Part shown: in pieces, positions 39,470-54,952 of the stretch
Layout: each line of letters begins with the position of its first letter
Position numbering within the stretch: position 1 is the first letter of the stretch
NCBI GenBank assembly: GCA_951406725.2
Contig: OX597839.1
Location: forward strand, 18,662,001-18,726,000
Direction of reading: 5' to 3'
Length of the DNA stretch: 64,000 nt
DNA from: Octopus vulgaris
Taxonomy: Eukaryota
Position numbers and translations under genes: made by a program
The notes under the pieces: model-generated
Database searches by the model: none
The model's input: the letters and a program-made list of their open reading frames with translations, nothing else
What the model was told of the DNA's origin: nothing

Positions 39470-39757
39470 ACCCCGAAAGCATGAAAAGTAAAGTCGACCT
39501 CAGCGGAATTTGAACTCAGAATGCAGCGACAGACGAAATACCTATTTCTTTACTACCCACAAGGGGCTAAACACAGAGAGGACAAACAAGGACAGACAAA
39601 CGGATTAAGTCGATTAGATCGACCCCAGTGCGTAACTGTTACTTATTTAATCGATCCCGAAAGGATGACAGGCAAAGTCGACCTCGGCGGAATTTGAACT
39701 CAGAACGTAACGGCAGACGAAATACGGCTACGCATTTCGTCCGGCTTGCTAACGAAT
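39470..39757 (-). mobile_element. SINE family A multimer
   Basis: Recurrent junction gacgaaatacctatttctttactacccacaagggg. Confidence 0.85.
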
Positions 39758-39769
39758 GTGCCTGTTCAC

Positions 39770-39818
<49 letters not shown>

Positions 39819-39819
39819 G

Positions 39820-40266
39820 ATCCTCTGGGATTTCCCAATCCAAACAGGTCAGTTGCTAGGGCATAACAAACCGGGCCTGGTAGTGGTGGACAAGGTGCAC
39901 AACATATAGTTGATGTTGCATGCCCCTTCAATAAGGAAGGCGAAAAGATGGATAAATACAACCCTCGTAAGTACGAAATAGCCCGGCTATGGAAAATAAA
40001 GAAGGCGGAGACAGTGTCAATTATTGTTGAGTCCTTGGGAACAGTATCAGAAGGCATCAAGGGGAATATAAAGGAAATTGGAATAGAGTGACCGGCAGGA
40101 CTGTTACAAAAGGTTTGCCTCTTTGGCACGACCAGAATAATCAGGAAAGTATTAGATAGTTGAAAAGAGCGGGTTGCATGGTACCGTAGGCTGGAGGTAG
40201 CAAACCCGCTACGCATGCAAGACTCCAGGAGCTCAAACAAAACCTGTGATAAAGAGAAATAATAAC
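39820..40266 (+). mobile_element. R4/Dong-clade non-LTR retrotransposon 3' end (restriction-like endonuclease), in (TAA)n
   Basis: ILWDFPIQT..GHNKPGLVVVDK / IVDVACPF..EKMDKY..YEIARLWK..SLGTV..LLQKVCLFGTTRIIRKVLDS*; (TAA)n at 5' and aataataa at 3'. Confidence 0.85.
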
Positions 40267-40267
40267 C

Positions 40268-40479
40268 GTTTCTACTAAAGGCACAAGGGCTGGCATTTTG
40301 GGGTTAGGGTTAAGTCGATTACATCGATTCCAGTGTTCAATTGGTACTTATTTTATCGATCCTGAAAGTATGAAAGGCTAAGTTGACCTCGGCGGAATTT
40401 GGACTCAGATCGTAAAGACGAACGAAATGTTGTTACGCATTTTGTTCGGCATGCTGACGATTCTGCCAGCTCACCGCCA
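40268..40479 (-). mobile_element. SINE family A monomer
   Basis: Complete head-core-tail. Confidence 0.85.
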
Positions 40480-40672
40480 TTTTGGTATTGATGACGATGA
40501 TGTTTGTTATGTATTTGTTAGAGTATAGGCAGTGGCAATGGTGGTGACCTGGTGTGGAATTGTTATTGTTAAGAATGGTGGAGAAAAGAAACATCGTGTT
40601 TGAATAACAATATTACGAGGTGGATAGAAGAGAGAGAGAGAGAGATGGAGAGTGAGAGAGAAAGAGGCAGGG

Positions 40673-40710
<38 letters not shown>

Positions 40711-41354
40711 AGCCATGAGTATTTCTGTGAGAGAGAAGGAGACAAAGAGACAGAGTAAGAAAAAAGAAAGATAGAAATGGATGCGTGTTTCTCTGTGTGT
40801 AAGGGAGGGAAGGAGAGAGAGGGGGAGAGGGAGAGAATGAGAGAGAGAGAGGGAGAGGGGGAGGGAGAGAGAGGAAGAGAAAGTGAGGGAGGGAGGGAGG
40901 GAGAGTGCGAACGAGAGAGAGAGAGGGAGAGAGAGAACGAGAGAGAGAGAGAACAAGAGAGAGAAAGAGAGAGAAAGAAAGAGAAAGAGAGAGAACGAGA
41001 GGGCGCATGGAAAGAGAGAGTGAGGGAGAGAGATATATATGCATGTGTGTGTGTGTGTGTGTATGTGTGTGTGTGTATGTGTGTGTGCGTGTTTGTATGT
41101 ATGTGTGTGAGGGAAAGAGAGAGAGAGGGAGAGATAGAGAGAGAATAATTTGTTCATTAACGTAACAGGAAGTGTTTACGATTAAATCATTCCATCTGCC
41201 CCCACCCCGCCCTCACCTCACATCATCATCTCATTGCCTTTCACCCCTCCCCTCCAATTCTGCCATCACGTTTGTTCCACCCCCTCCCTCTGACACGTGC
41301 TTCCCTTCGGGCTGGTAACATTCATGAGGTTACCGAGTATCCGTCCCACGATAT

Positions 41355-42650
<1,296 letters not shown>

Positions 42651-43038
42651 AGATGCATACATTCGAATATTTCTATATTTGTACGTCTATATGTACACAA
42701 ATCATGAAAAGTGTTTCTGAACGCTAGAAATGAAAATCAAAATAATCGTTAACGACTCAAAAATGACAGTTAACGGAAAGGATAGAAAACAGCGCCGAAA
42801 TCGCAATGACTTTGGATAAAAAGTCGGTTGACGAAATAGATTTATCCAGATCTGTAGTTTGTCATTTCCGTTAATTGTCGTTACACGTCTTCCCTTGTTT
42901 TTATTCCTATCGTACACAATCGTATTTTTAGTCACAACGGATTTGTTTCTCATCGTATGATTCACAAACTCGCATGTAGACACGCACGCTCGCGGACACA
43001 CACATTTAAGTACATGCACGTATACATACATACATACA

Positions 43039-43074
<36 letters not shown>

Positions 43075-43172
43075 CATACATAAAAATATGCTCATTTATT
43101 ATGTAAATACATATATACACACACGTACATATATATGCAAATATAGACATATACACATACACATGCACACAC

Positions 43173-43239
<67 letters not shown>

Positions 43240-43246
<7 letters not shown>

Positions 43247-43335
43247 AATCCAAACTTGAAAGCACAAAAAAACACAACAACGCGAGGACGTGGAACAAAT
43301 ATAGTATTATTGGACGCTCAGGAAAGAAGGAAAGA
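43240..43335 (-). mobile_element. Family D 3' fragment
   Basis: Reverse complement of ~9800-9897. Confidence 0.8.
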
Positions 43336-43344
43336 ATATGTTGT

Positions 43345-44050
43345 CATCTAAATTATTCAAAAATGAAAATAACATTGACATCGCATTTTAACAGATATAT
43401 TTACCAAAATTACGTAAAGCTGTCTTGAAATACTAAAGAGTAAATTTATTCAATAAAATCGCCATTGGCTTCAACCACAGCCTACAGACGACTTTGAAAT
43501 CTCCCGTAACTTTTCTGGACGGTCTCCTTGGTGAATGCTGCCATAATCCTTGCCTTCAGTTTTGTAGGTCTCTCGCTCAACTGCGCCCGCACATAATAAT
43601 CAAGGGGGTTGCTAGATGTTAGGGAAGATAAGGTCGCAGAAATTGTCTGACAGCCATGATTGGGTTCTCCTGTTTGTGTGACATGGTGCAGAGTCCTGCT
43701 GCCAGACATCGGGTTTTTCAGCAATCACCCTCTTGAATTAGGGCAGCACTACCTCCTCCGGGCATTTGATGTAGGCCTCTGTGTTGAGTCTGAAGCCGTA
43801 TGGCTTCTTTCCTCTTGTCATTGATGGCTTGGGATAAAAATTGGCCGTTTCTCATCTTGTATGAGGAATACCAAATCTCTTCATGCACTGCCTTCCAGAT
43901 AAGAAAGTCACACACACCCACGTCCCTGGTGATGAACATGATTGGCTTGAAGTGACCGTTGTCAATCATGGCCTGAATCACACCAACAAATTCAGGTGTT
44001 CTTTTCTTATCAGAACGACCAGAGTGAGTTTTCCGAGATGCTGTACCTTC
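43345..44050 (-). mobile_element. Tc1/mariner (DD37D/maT-like) transposase pseudogene with deletions
   Basis: [100 protein letters not shown]. Confidence 0.88.
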
Positions 44051-44055
44051 GTGTG

Positions 44056-44120
<65 letters not shown>

Positions 44121-44226
44121 GTATATGTAAATGTATATAAATGTATATATATATATATATGTATATAAATGTATATGTATATATATATATAAATGTATAC
44201 AATATATATATATACATGTATACATG

Positions 44227-44315
<89 letters not shown>

Positions 44316-44692
44316 TGTATATACAACGTAACAAGCGACAACAAAACATTCGGACAGTTAGACGATACAGGAGCTTTAAATCTTCAGTCGAGTACCAGAT
44401 CGTCTTAACAGTTTCGGCCAGTTATTCTCGACACTGCTCTAATCTGGCTGGCCCCAAGAAAATCTAAGCTAAGAGCACTAGATTCTGTGTAAGAAAGCTA
44501 GCGAATCTGATTGTCTTTGCACAGGGGCGAAATCAACGTGATACAAAAACATTTCTCTAAACCCTGGAACTTCTACCTTCATAAATAGGCTGTAACATCC
44601 TTGGCACTTATGTGAACTTTTGCTACCCTGGTAACTATTTATTTATGTTTCCGTGGTATCTTGACACATTGAAGAAATACACACACACACAC

Positions 44693-44736
<44 letters not shown>

Positions 44737-45350
44737 GTCTTTAAGAGAGGATTATTTCATATTTTCTGAAGCCGTATATAATATATGCAATGATAAGTAT
44801 ATTCATAAATGTATTTATATGCACACACACACACACACACACACATACAGTAATGTACATATTAATGTATGCATGTTGGCAGATAGTGAATCTAAGTGGC
44901 ATTTAATAAGATTACATCTATACACACGCACAAAACACATGACCTCACACACGCACCTATCTTCACACACACACACACACACTGACGCGCAAGCGCAAAA
45001 ACATACTAACTTCAAAGAAGTACTTGTGCTTCGTAGACATTCATACGAAATGCATGCGTATAAAATTACACATGCATACACATAAAAAATTATATATATA
45101 TACATATATGTATATATACATTTATATATACACATATATATATACACATATATATACATATATATATACATATATACACACATATATATATACACACACA
45201 TATATATATATATATACGCACATATATATATACACATATATATATACATATATATACACACATATATATATACATATATATGTATATATATATATGTATA
45301 TATATACATATATATACATATATATATGTATATATATGTATATATATATA

Positions 45351-45410
<60 letters not shown>

Positions 45411-46213
45411 TATACATATATACATATATACGTGTGCGTGTGTAGAGTAAGAGAGAGAGAGAGAGGGGAGAGAGAGCGAGAGGGGAGAGAGGGAAGGGGG
45501 TGGAAGATGCATGCATATTTATCATTTTTGCGTATAAATAGTGTGATTAATTTCGGTGTGCATCCTTGCTAAAAATCCGTTGGACACACAGTGCTAACAA
45601 AGCAGGATAGATACGGGGAATGACGTGTCAGCGCTGCGAGCTAACACTAGAAAACGATGCACTCCTTAACCTTGATTTATCCACCGAGGAATGCTGACAA
45701 CTGAAAAGTTGTGTCAGAGTTGTTCTTATTTGTATGATGAACGTGTGGGTGGGGGGTGAGGAAGGGGGAGGGAGTGTGTGTGTGTGAGGGGGGATGCGTG
45801 GATGGGGAGAGGGTAAGAGAGGGGGCAAAGCTCCCCCTTTTTCCAACCACCACCGCCACCGTAACCACCACCGCCACCACCACCTCCACCGCCACCACTA
45901 CCACTCCGCCAGGCTGTAGCTTTGTGCCGTGGCTCCCACGTTGTTCCGTACTTTCTTGTTTTCCTTTTCTTCGTGGTTCGTGGTCTTCGCTATCGATGTC
46001 ACCGTCATCGCTGTCGTCGTCATCATCATCATCATCATCATCATCGTTGCCTTTGTCATCATCGCCATCACCATCAACATCCTAATCATCATCATCACCA
46101 TCAGATTCCCTGTTATTGTCATGGTCGTCGTCGTTGTCCTTATTTACCGCCTCCTCCTCATCATTATCATTATCTCCACCCATCAATATTCTGTTCATAA
46201 TAAACAAATATTA

Positions 46214-46606
46214 AAGGCGGCGCGTTGGCAGAATCGTTAGCACGCCGGGCGAAATGCTTATTTCGTCTGCCGCTACGTTCCAAGTTCAAATTCCGCCGAG
46301 GTCGACTTTGCCTTTCATCCTTTCGGGGTCGATTAAATAAGTACCAGTTACGCACTGGGATCGATGTAATCGACTTAATCCGTTTGTCTGCCCTTATTTG
46401 TCTCCTCTGTGTTTAGCCCCTTGTGGATAGTAAAGAAATAGGTATTTCGTCTGTCTTTACGTTCTGAATTCAAATTCCGCCGAGGTCGTCATTGCCTTTC
46501 ATCCTTTCGGGGTTGATAAATTAAGTATCAGTGGCCTATCGAGGTCGATCTAATCGACTAGCCCCTCCCACCAAATTTCGGGCCTTGTGCCTATAGTAGA
46601 AAAGAA
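46214..46606 (+). mobile_element. SINE family A dimer
   Basis: Head, then two cores with different 3' modules. Confidence 0.88.
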
Positions 46607-46640
46607 TAATCAAATATTACAATAAAAACATTAATGAGAA

Positions 46641-46693
<53 letters not shown>

Positions 46694-46694
<1 letters not shown>

Positions 46695-46900
46695 CCTTTC
46701 TACTATAGACATAAGGCGTAAAATTTTGGGGGAGGGGGCTAGTCGATTATATCGACCCCAGTGTTTCACTGGTACTTAATTTTATCAACTCCGAAAGGAT
46801 GAAAGGCAAGGTCGACCTCGGCGGAATTTGAACTCAGAACGTAAAGACGGAGAAAATGCCACAAAGCATTTTGTCCGGTGTGCTAATAATTCTGCCAGCA
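46694..46900 (-). mobile_element. SINE family A monomer with (TAA)n tail
   Basis: Tail-to-tail with the previous copy. Confidence 0.88.
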
Positions 46901-46914
46901 CACAGCCATAATAA

Positions 46915-47275
46915 TAAGAAGAGCACCTAGGGAGCGCAAATGTCCGCCAAGGCAACACCAACGTCTTCTCAATGATTAGCAAGGGATGATTTTTAAAATG
47001 AGAATATCTGAAATAAACTCGACTGCTCTCACAAATGAGAATACTAAAAATGAATACGACCGCTCTCAAAATTTACGTTAAAAAAAAACCCAGAAAAACA
47101 TTCAGAATCCTTATCCGGTACCGGATTGTTCCTAATCAGTTCGAGTCAGTCACGAAGCAAAACATGTCTGAATGTTACATCGGAATCCATCCAGCGGTTC
47201 TTGAGATATCTTGACCACGGACAAACAAATACGACTTAAAACAATACTTCCACCTTCGCTAAGGCGCAGGTAATA
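46915..47275 (+). mobile_element. Helentron-associated (HINE/DINE-like) non-autonomous element
   Basis: 5' aagagcac..gagcgcaaa..tccgccaagg; internal palindrome atccggtaccggat; 3' acaaacaaa..short hairpin cctt..aaggcg.aggtaat. Confidence 0.55.
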
Positions 47276-47777
47276 ATCCTTTTTACAATAGGCACAAGGC
47301 CTGAAATTTTGGGGAAGGGGACTATTCGATTACATCGATTCCAGTATTTTACTGATATTTGATTTATCGACCCCGAAAGTATGAAAGGCTAAGTCGACCA
47401 CGACGGAATTTGAACTCAGAAGATAAAGATGGACAAAACACCGCTTAGCATTTTGCCTGGCATGTTACCGATCCCGCCAGCTCGACAAATTATAAGAAGC
47501 CTGAAATTTTGTGCGAGGGGAGTAAGTCGATTACATCGACCTCACTGTTCAAGTGGTACGTATTTCATCAAGCCCTGAAGAACGAAAGGTAAAGTCGACT
47601 TCGGCGGCATTTTGAAGTCAGAACATAAAGAGCCGGAAGAGATCCTGCTGGGCAAAATGCTTAGCGGCATTTCAGCCACCACTTGACGTTCTGAGTTCAT
47701 ATTCTGTTCAGGCCGACTTTACCTTTGATCCTTTCGGAGTCGATAAACAAACATCTGTTGAGCACGGGGATCGATGA
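47276..47777. mobile_element. Cluster of three SINE A copies (47276-47485 -, 47497-47640 -, 47650-47777 +)
   Basis: Core and B-box matches in both orientations. Confidence 0.8.
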
Positions 47778-47878
47778 ATATATATATATATATATATATA
47801 TACGTACACACACACATATACACGCATACATACACATACACACACACACATATATATACACATATATACACATACACG

Positions 47879-47910
<32 letters not shown>

Positions 47911-48039
47911 CATACACATATATACACACACATTATATGTATAATTGTGTGTGTGTATATTATTCCAACTTTACGTGCACGAACTTAAGTACCTTATTCA
48001 ACTGAATTTTATATCTGTCTGTCTGTCTGTCTCTCTCTC

Positions 48040-48093
<54 letters not shown>

Positions 48094-48526
48094 CGTGGCT
48101 GCTCATCGAATTCTAAGATTTTCATCTTCAGTTTTACATACTTTGAAGATTCTATATTGACAGAAACGAACGAAACAACTGCGCAGGCGATCAGAGAATC
48201 GTCTACAGCACAGACTAATCTCTACATTATATTCACAATGAGTTCTCTCGAGCACTGTAACTGCAGAATGCGGTGGCAATTAATCGTCTCAGATGCGGGT
48301 GATGACCTGACAGCCTCAGCAATAACGACCACCCATGCGATACGGAATCTATTGTCCTCTTTGCAATGTAGTTTACAGTAACGTTGTGGATGCACATTCC
48401 TCAGCATTAGTATCTACGCTGTGAAGGAAATCAGTCCAGGTTGAATGCCGACCCAAGACACGACTGGTACGTTGAGTCAGGTCACTTGCAGTGCAACTGA
48501 TCGTATGTTATAATACAGTGGATCCT

Positions 48527-48796
48527 GAAATAAGACGCAGACGTTGGAAGTGGATAGAACTTGTCCTCAGACAAGCTCGAGAAAGCGATTGGATGGTGGC
48601 ACTAGATTAGAAGCCGGGGGGGGAGAAAGAGCAGCAGGGTGCCCTCAAGCTATATGGCGAAGGATCACTCACAAGGAAAAGAGACGAGAACGGTGGAGAA
48701 ACTGGAATGAGACCAGAACAGTGGCAAAAAACAGGGTTGGTTGGAGAGATCATGTTGTGGCTTTATGTGCCTCATGGCACGGTGCGAACGAACGAA
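48527..48796 (+). mobile_element. RTE-clade LINE 3' end
   Basis: EIRRRRWKWIELVLR..VALD*KP / GERAAGCPQAIWRR..WRNWNETRTVAKNRVGWRDHVVALCASWHG. Confidence 0.82.
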
Positions 48797-49256
48797 CTCA
48801 TAGCACGGTGCGAACGAACGAACTCAAAGCACGGTGCGAACGAACTCATGGCACGTTGCGAACGAACGAACGAGCTGGCAGCACAGTGCGAACGAACGAA
48901 CTCACAGCATGGTGCGAACGAACTCACGGCACGTTGCGAACGAACTAATGGTACGTTGCAAACGAACGAACGAGCTGGCAGCACAGTGCGAACGAACGAA
49001 CTCACAGCATGGTGCGAACGAACTCATGGCACGTTACAAACGAACCCATTGTACGTTGCAAACGAACGAACGAGCTGGCAGCACAGTGCGAACGAACGAA
49101 CTCACAGCATGGTGCGAATGAACGAACGATCTCACAACATGGTACGAATAAACGAACGATCTCACAGCATAGTGCGAATGAACGAACCAACTCACAGCAT
49201 GGTGCGAATGAACGAACGAACTCAGAGCACGGTGCGAGCGAACAAACTCATGGAAC
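48771..49256 (+). repeat. Minisatellite of 22-30-bp units CTCATGGCACGGTG(CGAA)2-4 with a 100-bp higher-order period
   Basis: aacgaacgaacgagctggcagcacagtg recurs at 48861, 48961 and 49061. Confidence 0.92.
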
Positions 49257-50015
49257 GGGGCGCGCGCACTCGCGAACACACGCACATACGCATACACCTG
49301 GTCCCTGCATCCAAACCCGGTTGGCATGATGAGAAAGGTTGCTAGAAAATAAACCCAATAGGACAAAAATATGAACTGTAAAAGCGTATCCTCAGCGTAG
49401 GATCAATGATTATAAAGCAAAAACACGTCGGGACATAGAAAATCCCCACGATGGGAACGAGAGTGCAATAGTACCCCTAGTGCTTGCCAGAACATATCTA
49501 ACAGTGGAGTAAAGTATCATCATGATCGTCGGCTCTTGGATATAACTATCTTGAGTCATAGGATTTATAGGGTCGGTTACCGGGTCTCCATGGCGTATAA
49601 GTGATCGAGGTCACAACATTCCCTAATGAACAGGGTTAACTTATTTTGAGCTGAGTGGAACAGCGTGAAATGAAGAGTTTTGCTCCGAGAATCGGAACTA
49701 CCATCTTGCGGTCGGTAGTGCACCTCCGTAACTACTAGGAGCCTTATGTAGGAACCTTATGTACTTCACAGAGAAGTACATAAGATTCTTTAATCGAAAT
49801 GGAAGTGACATATCAACTTTATTTTTCAGCTTCGCAAGTGAGTCCAGGAAGGTAACGACTGGAAGATTAAGCTTTGAAAGAGAATGAAATTGTATCGGCC
49901 AGGTTTGAGGTATTTTCCAAGAGACTTGGTTTCCTGCAGCATCTAGAACGTACACACACACACACACACACACCTATATGCATGTGTGTATCCTTATACC
50001 TATCCATGTATCCAA

Positions 50016-50082
<67 letters not shown>

Positions 50083-50091
50083 CCTACCTAT

Positions 50092-51472
50092 CTCTCTTTC
50101 GCTTCTTGTGGAAAGGATGCGTCCCGATGGTCAGGCGATCCATTTGCTGTCAACACCCGTTAAAAGGAGGACTGGGCATGCCGTGGTTGATGATGCGCAG
50201 ACACGCGCTGAGACTGCGACATCTCAGGCTCTTTGTAGACGACGGTGAACAGGTGTGGTCGCCGTTTGTGAGGCACGCTTTCCCGCAGCTCGTCTCCATG
50301 ATCGAACTGCAGTCGTGGATCAAAAAGAGACCGAGGAAGGGCGAATGGCACCGCGAGTGTCGCGTTGCTCTCAAGCAACTCTGTCGTCCTGGGTCGACCT
50401 TGAGTGACTTCATCACAACCAAAGCATTCTATAGGGGATTAGTGGAGGGGGGGTACGACGACGAGCTCGGGGCGAACCTGAACGTCGACGTTCGGGACGA
50501 CTTTCGGGCCAGGGCCCATGACAACTTCCAGAGATCCCTGGCCTGGCAGTGCTACCGAGAAGCGCTAACCGTTCGGGATAAGCTCTACAGACACGGCTCG
50601 AGAAACACGGGGCCGACCTGCCCGAGATGCGGTCAGAGCGACGAAACCGTTCTGCACGCACTCGTGCAGTGTCCAACAATTTCCGACCTGTGGGCTTATG
50701 TCGAACAACTGCTGTCACGTGTGGGACGAGTCGGTTTATCAGCTGAGTCTATCGTCAATATTGTCACGCCTCCTTCCTTCAAACAGGAAGGAAGAGCTAT
50801 TTTCATCATCCTTGTGGCTATGGCGAAAGAATGTATCTGGTGGACGCGTCTGAAAGGATTGGAGACAAACACTTTCCTCTCTGGTCAATCTCTCATCAAC
50901 TTCTTCAAGTACCACTTGAAAAGGAAAGTGAGAGTAGAGAGGCAAGTTTTGTCTAGCGAATGTTTTTAAAAAAGATGGGTGAATGTAGCAAGGATGGCAC
51001 GTATGAATGACGAAGCCACCTTGAGCATAATCCTATGAACCCAGAAATTGAAAACAGAGGGTTACCCACTTGCAAACAAATGTGGTAACAGATAGCAATA
51101 TTGACTAAGGTTACCGTGGTCTTTTTCGTAGGCTTTTCTTCCCACGGATAAACCTTACTTGCTTTCCCCTTTACACCATACATCATAACACTGTGATACA
51201 CGATCCCTATTGATCGTTTTTTTTCCTCTTCCCCTTTTTTCCCCTTTTTTCTTATTTTTTTTCATTTCTCTTTTCTTTTGTTCCTTTTCCTTTTCTTCAT
51301 TTTTTTTATTTTTTGTTCTTTTTTCCCTTTTACGATCCCTTTTGATCGAAAACCTACGCCACCTTTTTTTGTTTCTTTTATTATTTTTGTTTTTTTCATC
51401 CCCCAAAAGAAAAGCTCTACCTTGTAACTTGTCCCATCTGTGTGCAGCCCTGTGTGGCCAATAAAGAAACTT
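50092..51472 (+). mobile_element. Tx1/L1-clade LINE, 5'-truncated (RT C-terminus, zf-RVT, 3' UTR), in (ATCT)n
   Basis: LFRFLWKG..GGLGMP, LAWQCYREAL, CPRCGQSDETVLHALVQC; premature TAA at 50967, then KRWVNVA..IL* to 51038; T-rich UTR, AATAAA at 51460, then (ATCT)n. Confidence 0.92.
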
Positions 51473-51823
<351 letters not shown>

Positions 51824-52359
51824 CGACCAGCACCAATTATAACGATCAATATAACATTCGCAAAAAAATGGATGTGAGGCGTACAATGCGAAATATATAT
51901 CAATAAGCAGAAACAAGAATCCAGCGAAGAGACGTGAAAACGCAGCGAAAATAGAAACGGGTGAATAAATGGTGACATGCTAAACAACAACAACAACAAC
52001 AACAACAAAAGACCACCAACAGTAACAACAACAGCAATAGTAAATGTAGCAATAGCAGCTATAAACCGAAAGCAATGTGATGGAGAAGAAAGACAAGTGA
52101 AACTGAAAGTGGCTATCAGGCGAAAGTGAAAGTAGCGACGGTCCTACAGTTGTGAACAGCGTGTAAAAGTGATGGAGATTACCTCTGTGAGTTATAGAGC
52201 GCGGTGACAGAATGACATTTCATTAGGAGACAAACGGAACGCCAAACACCTTGGATTCTTTACTCATTCTATCGCGGTCATCTCATCCATCTTCGTTGTG
52301 TATATTAACACATAGTACTTCATTGTATGATATTGTATGCATATACCTCACTCTCTACT

Positions 52360-52393
<34 letters not shown>

Positions 52394-52421
52394 CGCACAT
52401 ACATGCAAACCAATGCACGTT

Positions 52422-52462
<41 letters not shown>

Positions 52463-52486
52463 CACACATAGATGCTAGCCAATGCA

Positions 52487-52544
<58 letters not shown>

Positions 52545-52631
52545 CATACACACACATACATACATGCTAGCCAATGCACGTGCATATATATATATATGTT
52601 TATATAAACGCGAATATGAGCACATATACAG

Positions 52632-52668
<37 letters not shown>

Positions 52669-53427
52669 TGTATACATTTATACACAAAGGGACTATATAT
52701 AAGATATGCGAATACATATTTATATCTAGAAAGGGTGAGAGAAAGAGAAAGAGAGAGAGAGAGAGAAAGAGACGTGTATAAATAAATACACACAAACTCT
52801 CATATACATCAACACAACGCAGTCATTCATATATGAATATACGAGTGGCTCACTTGTATACATACACATATATACACATATTTACGCATATTTAGGCATA
52901 CATACTTATATATATATATATATATATATGCACACATACATCAATACATCACTGAATTCTTTCTACCTAAACGCTTCTCCGCTTCCGTCACTCTCCATCT
53001 CTATTTCCGCTTTTGGTCAAGAAAACAGAATTAAAATTAACACCTACAAACTCATATACAAATCTGCATTATCTCCCCTCTCTTCCAGTACGGCAGTTTG
53101 GCAGTTTGTATCACTCGCTCCGCTGCTGGACATCTCCCAATAAATAGGGTAGCTGCATTGTCTTTTTTATGGCTGCATTGAGACAATATCGTGTAGATAT
53201 TTGTAAATGTGGCATTTCTGTGTACAAGTCTCTGTTTACTTAAGCTGTAACGTTATATACGTTTTGCATATAATCAATGTATATGTTACATATATTGTTA
53301 TATTTATGTATGCATCTATCCATCTATCTATCTGTTTATGAGCAAATTCATTTCTGTGTGTGTATATATATATATACATACATACATAAATATATATACT
53401 TTTTATAAATATATATATATATACTTT

Positions 53428-53484
<57 letters not shown>

Positions 53485-53871
53485 TTTTATACATACATAC
53501 ATACATACATATAAATACTTTTTTACATACATACATATATATATATACTTTTATACATATATATATATACTTTTATACATATATACATAAACATTTATAC
53601 AAACATACACATATATATATATATATACTTTCATACATACATATAGATATTATACATGTATATATATATATATACACATACATACATATAGATATTATAC
53701 ATGTATATATATATATATACACATACATACATCAACGCATGTACAGACATCAACGCAACACTTTGTATGTATGTATATATATAGACACACTTTTATACAT
53801 GTATATATATACACATACATATATCAACGCACATACAGACACAGCGCAACTCTTTCATTATATAGATGTAT

Positions 53872-53918
<47 letters not shown>

Positions 53919-54552
53919 TTCATCAGTCTGTACATATTTGTATCTCCGTACATATTTATGTCTATCTGTGTCCCCGTGCTACGTTTCCGTGTTAAACGAA
54001 GTTACGTAATTACATAGCGTGTATGTAAAGCCCTATCTACAGCACCACATACACCTCTGCCTTTCTATGCATGCATATAAGTATGCACGTACGTATGTAT
54101 GAAGGTATGTATGTATGTATGTAAGTATGTACGTATGTATGTATCTGTCTATCTAAGTCGCACTATATATATCTCTTTCATATGTGTCTATTTGCCGCAT
54201 AAAATAACTGCTGGATATTTTAAGCGGTCTAACTTAATATATTTCCCAGAAGAACGCTGTTGGTATTTCCAGCGTTTTGCAAAGGGAAAACATGGAGTTA
54301 TGCAACAATATATTAAATACTATTTGCTTTCTTCGTTCTTCCCTTTTTTTTTTTGCTCGTGATCATTTTATATTTTAAGCCCTCCTAACCAACTGCTATT
54401 AATAGTGCGGTGTGCAACAACGAGAACCTCTCTTCATCAACATCATATTTTTGTCGGCCTACTCCACAGAACTAACTACCGAAAAGGTAATTATGCAATC
54501 TTAGGGAACTAAGATCGTACTACCTATCCAATGTCGAGATCCGGAAATATAT

Positions 54553-54796
54553 TGAACCCCTTTGCTTGTCCAAAGCATTTGTTCTAAGTTTGTTCTAAGC
54601 GTCTTTGCTAGTTTGCAGGCTTTTGGTCAGTTCCTGATTCATATTTTCTGAGTAATATAAAATCTTTCCGTTCATAAGTCCCAAGTTACTCTGGTGGTTG
54701 ATAAAACTTGGGGTGTGATGTATATAATGTATCGTGCACGAACTTCAGGGAAATGTCTTGTGAATCATGTGACGCACAGGATAAGTAAAGGGTTGA
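54553..54796. mobile_element. Possible piggyBac-like MITE relic
   Basis: Imperfect TIR aacccctttgcttgtcc ... ggataagtaaagggtt; TTAA sites are degenerate. Confidence 0.35.
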
Positions 54797-54952
54797 GCAA
54801 TTTCTGAAAGAACAGCTAATCTTCTTTAATAGTTACTTAACTCTTTGCCTGCCCAAGTCAGCATATGAATATATTCCTGTCATTGAGATGCTCTATATTA
54901 GTACATACAGGCTGTAACTAGGTGGGAAATTCAAAATACATTATTTTGTTAA

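Noticed and set aside
44400-44460. Hammerhead in repeat F (minus strand GGCCAG..CTGGCC-GAAAC-TGTT)
   Set aside because: No CUGANGA core upstream of the stem.
48771-49256. CRISPR-like regular array
   Set aside because: No unique spacers, no cas genes and a eukaryotic context; the monomer derives from the adjacent RTE end.
49986-50969. Host zinc-finger gene
   Set aside because: The ORF begins in a microsatellite and is the C-terminal part of a LINE ORF2.
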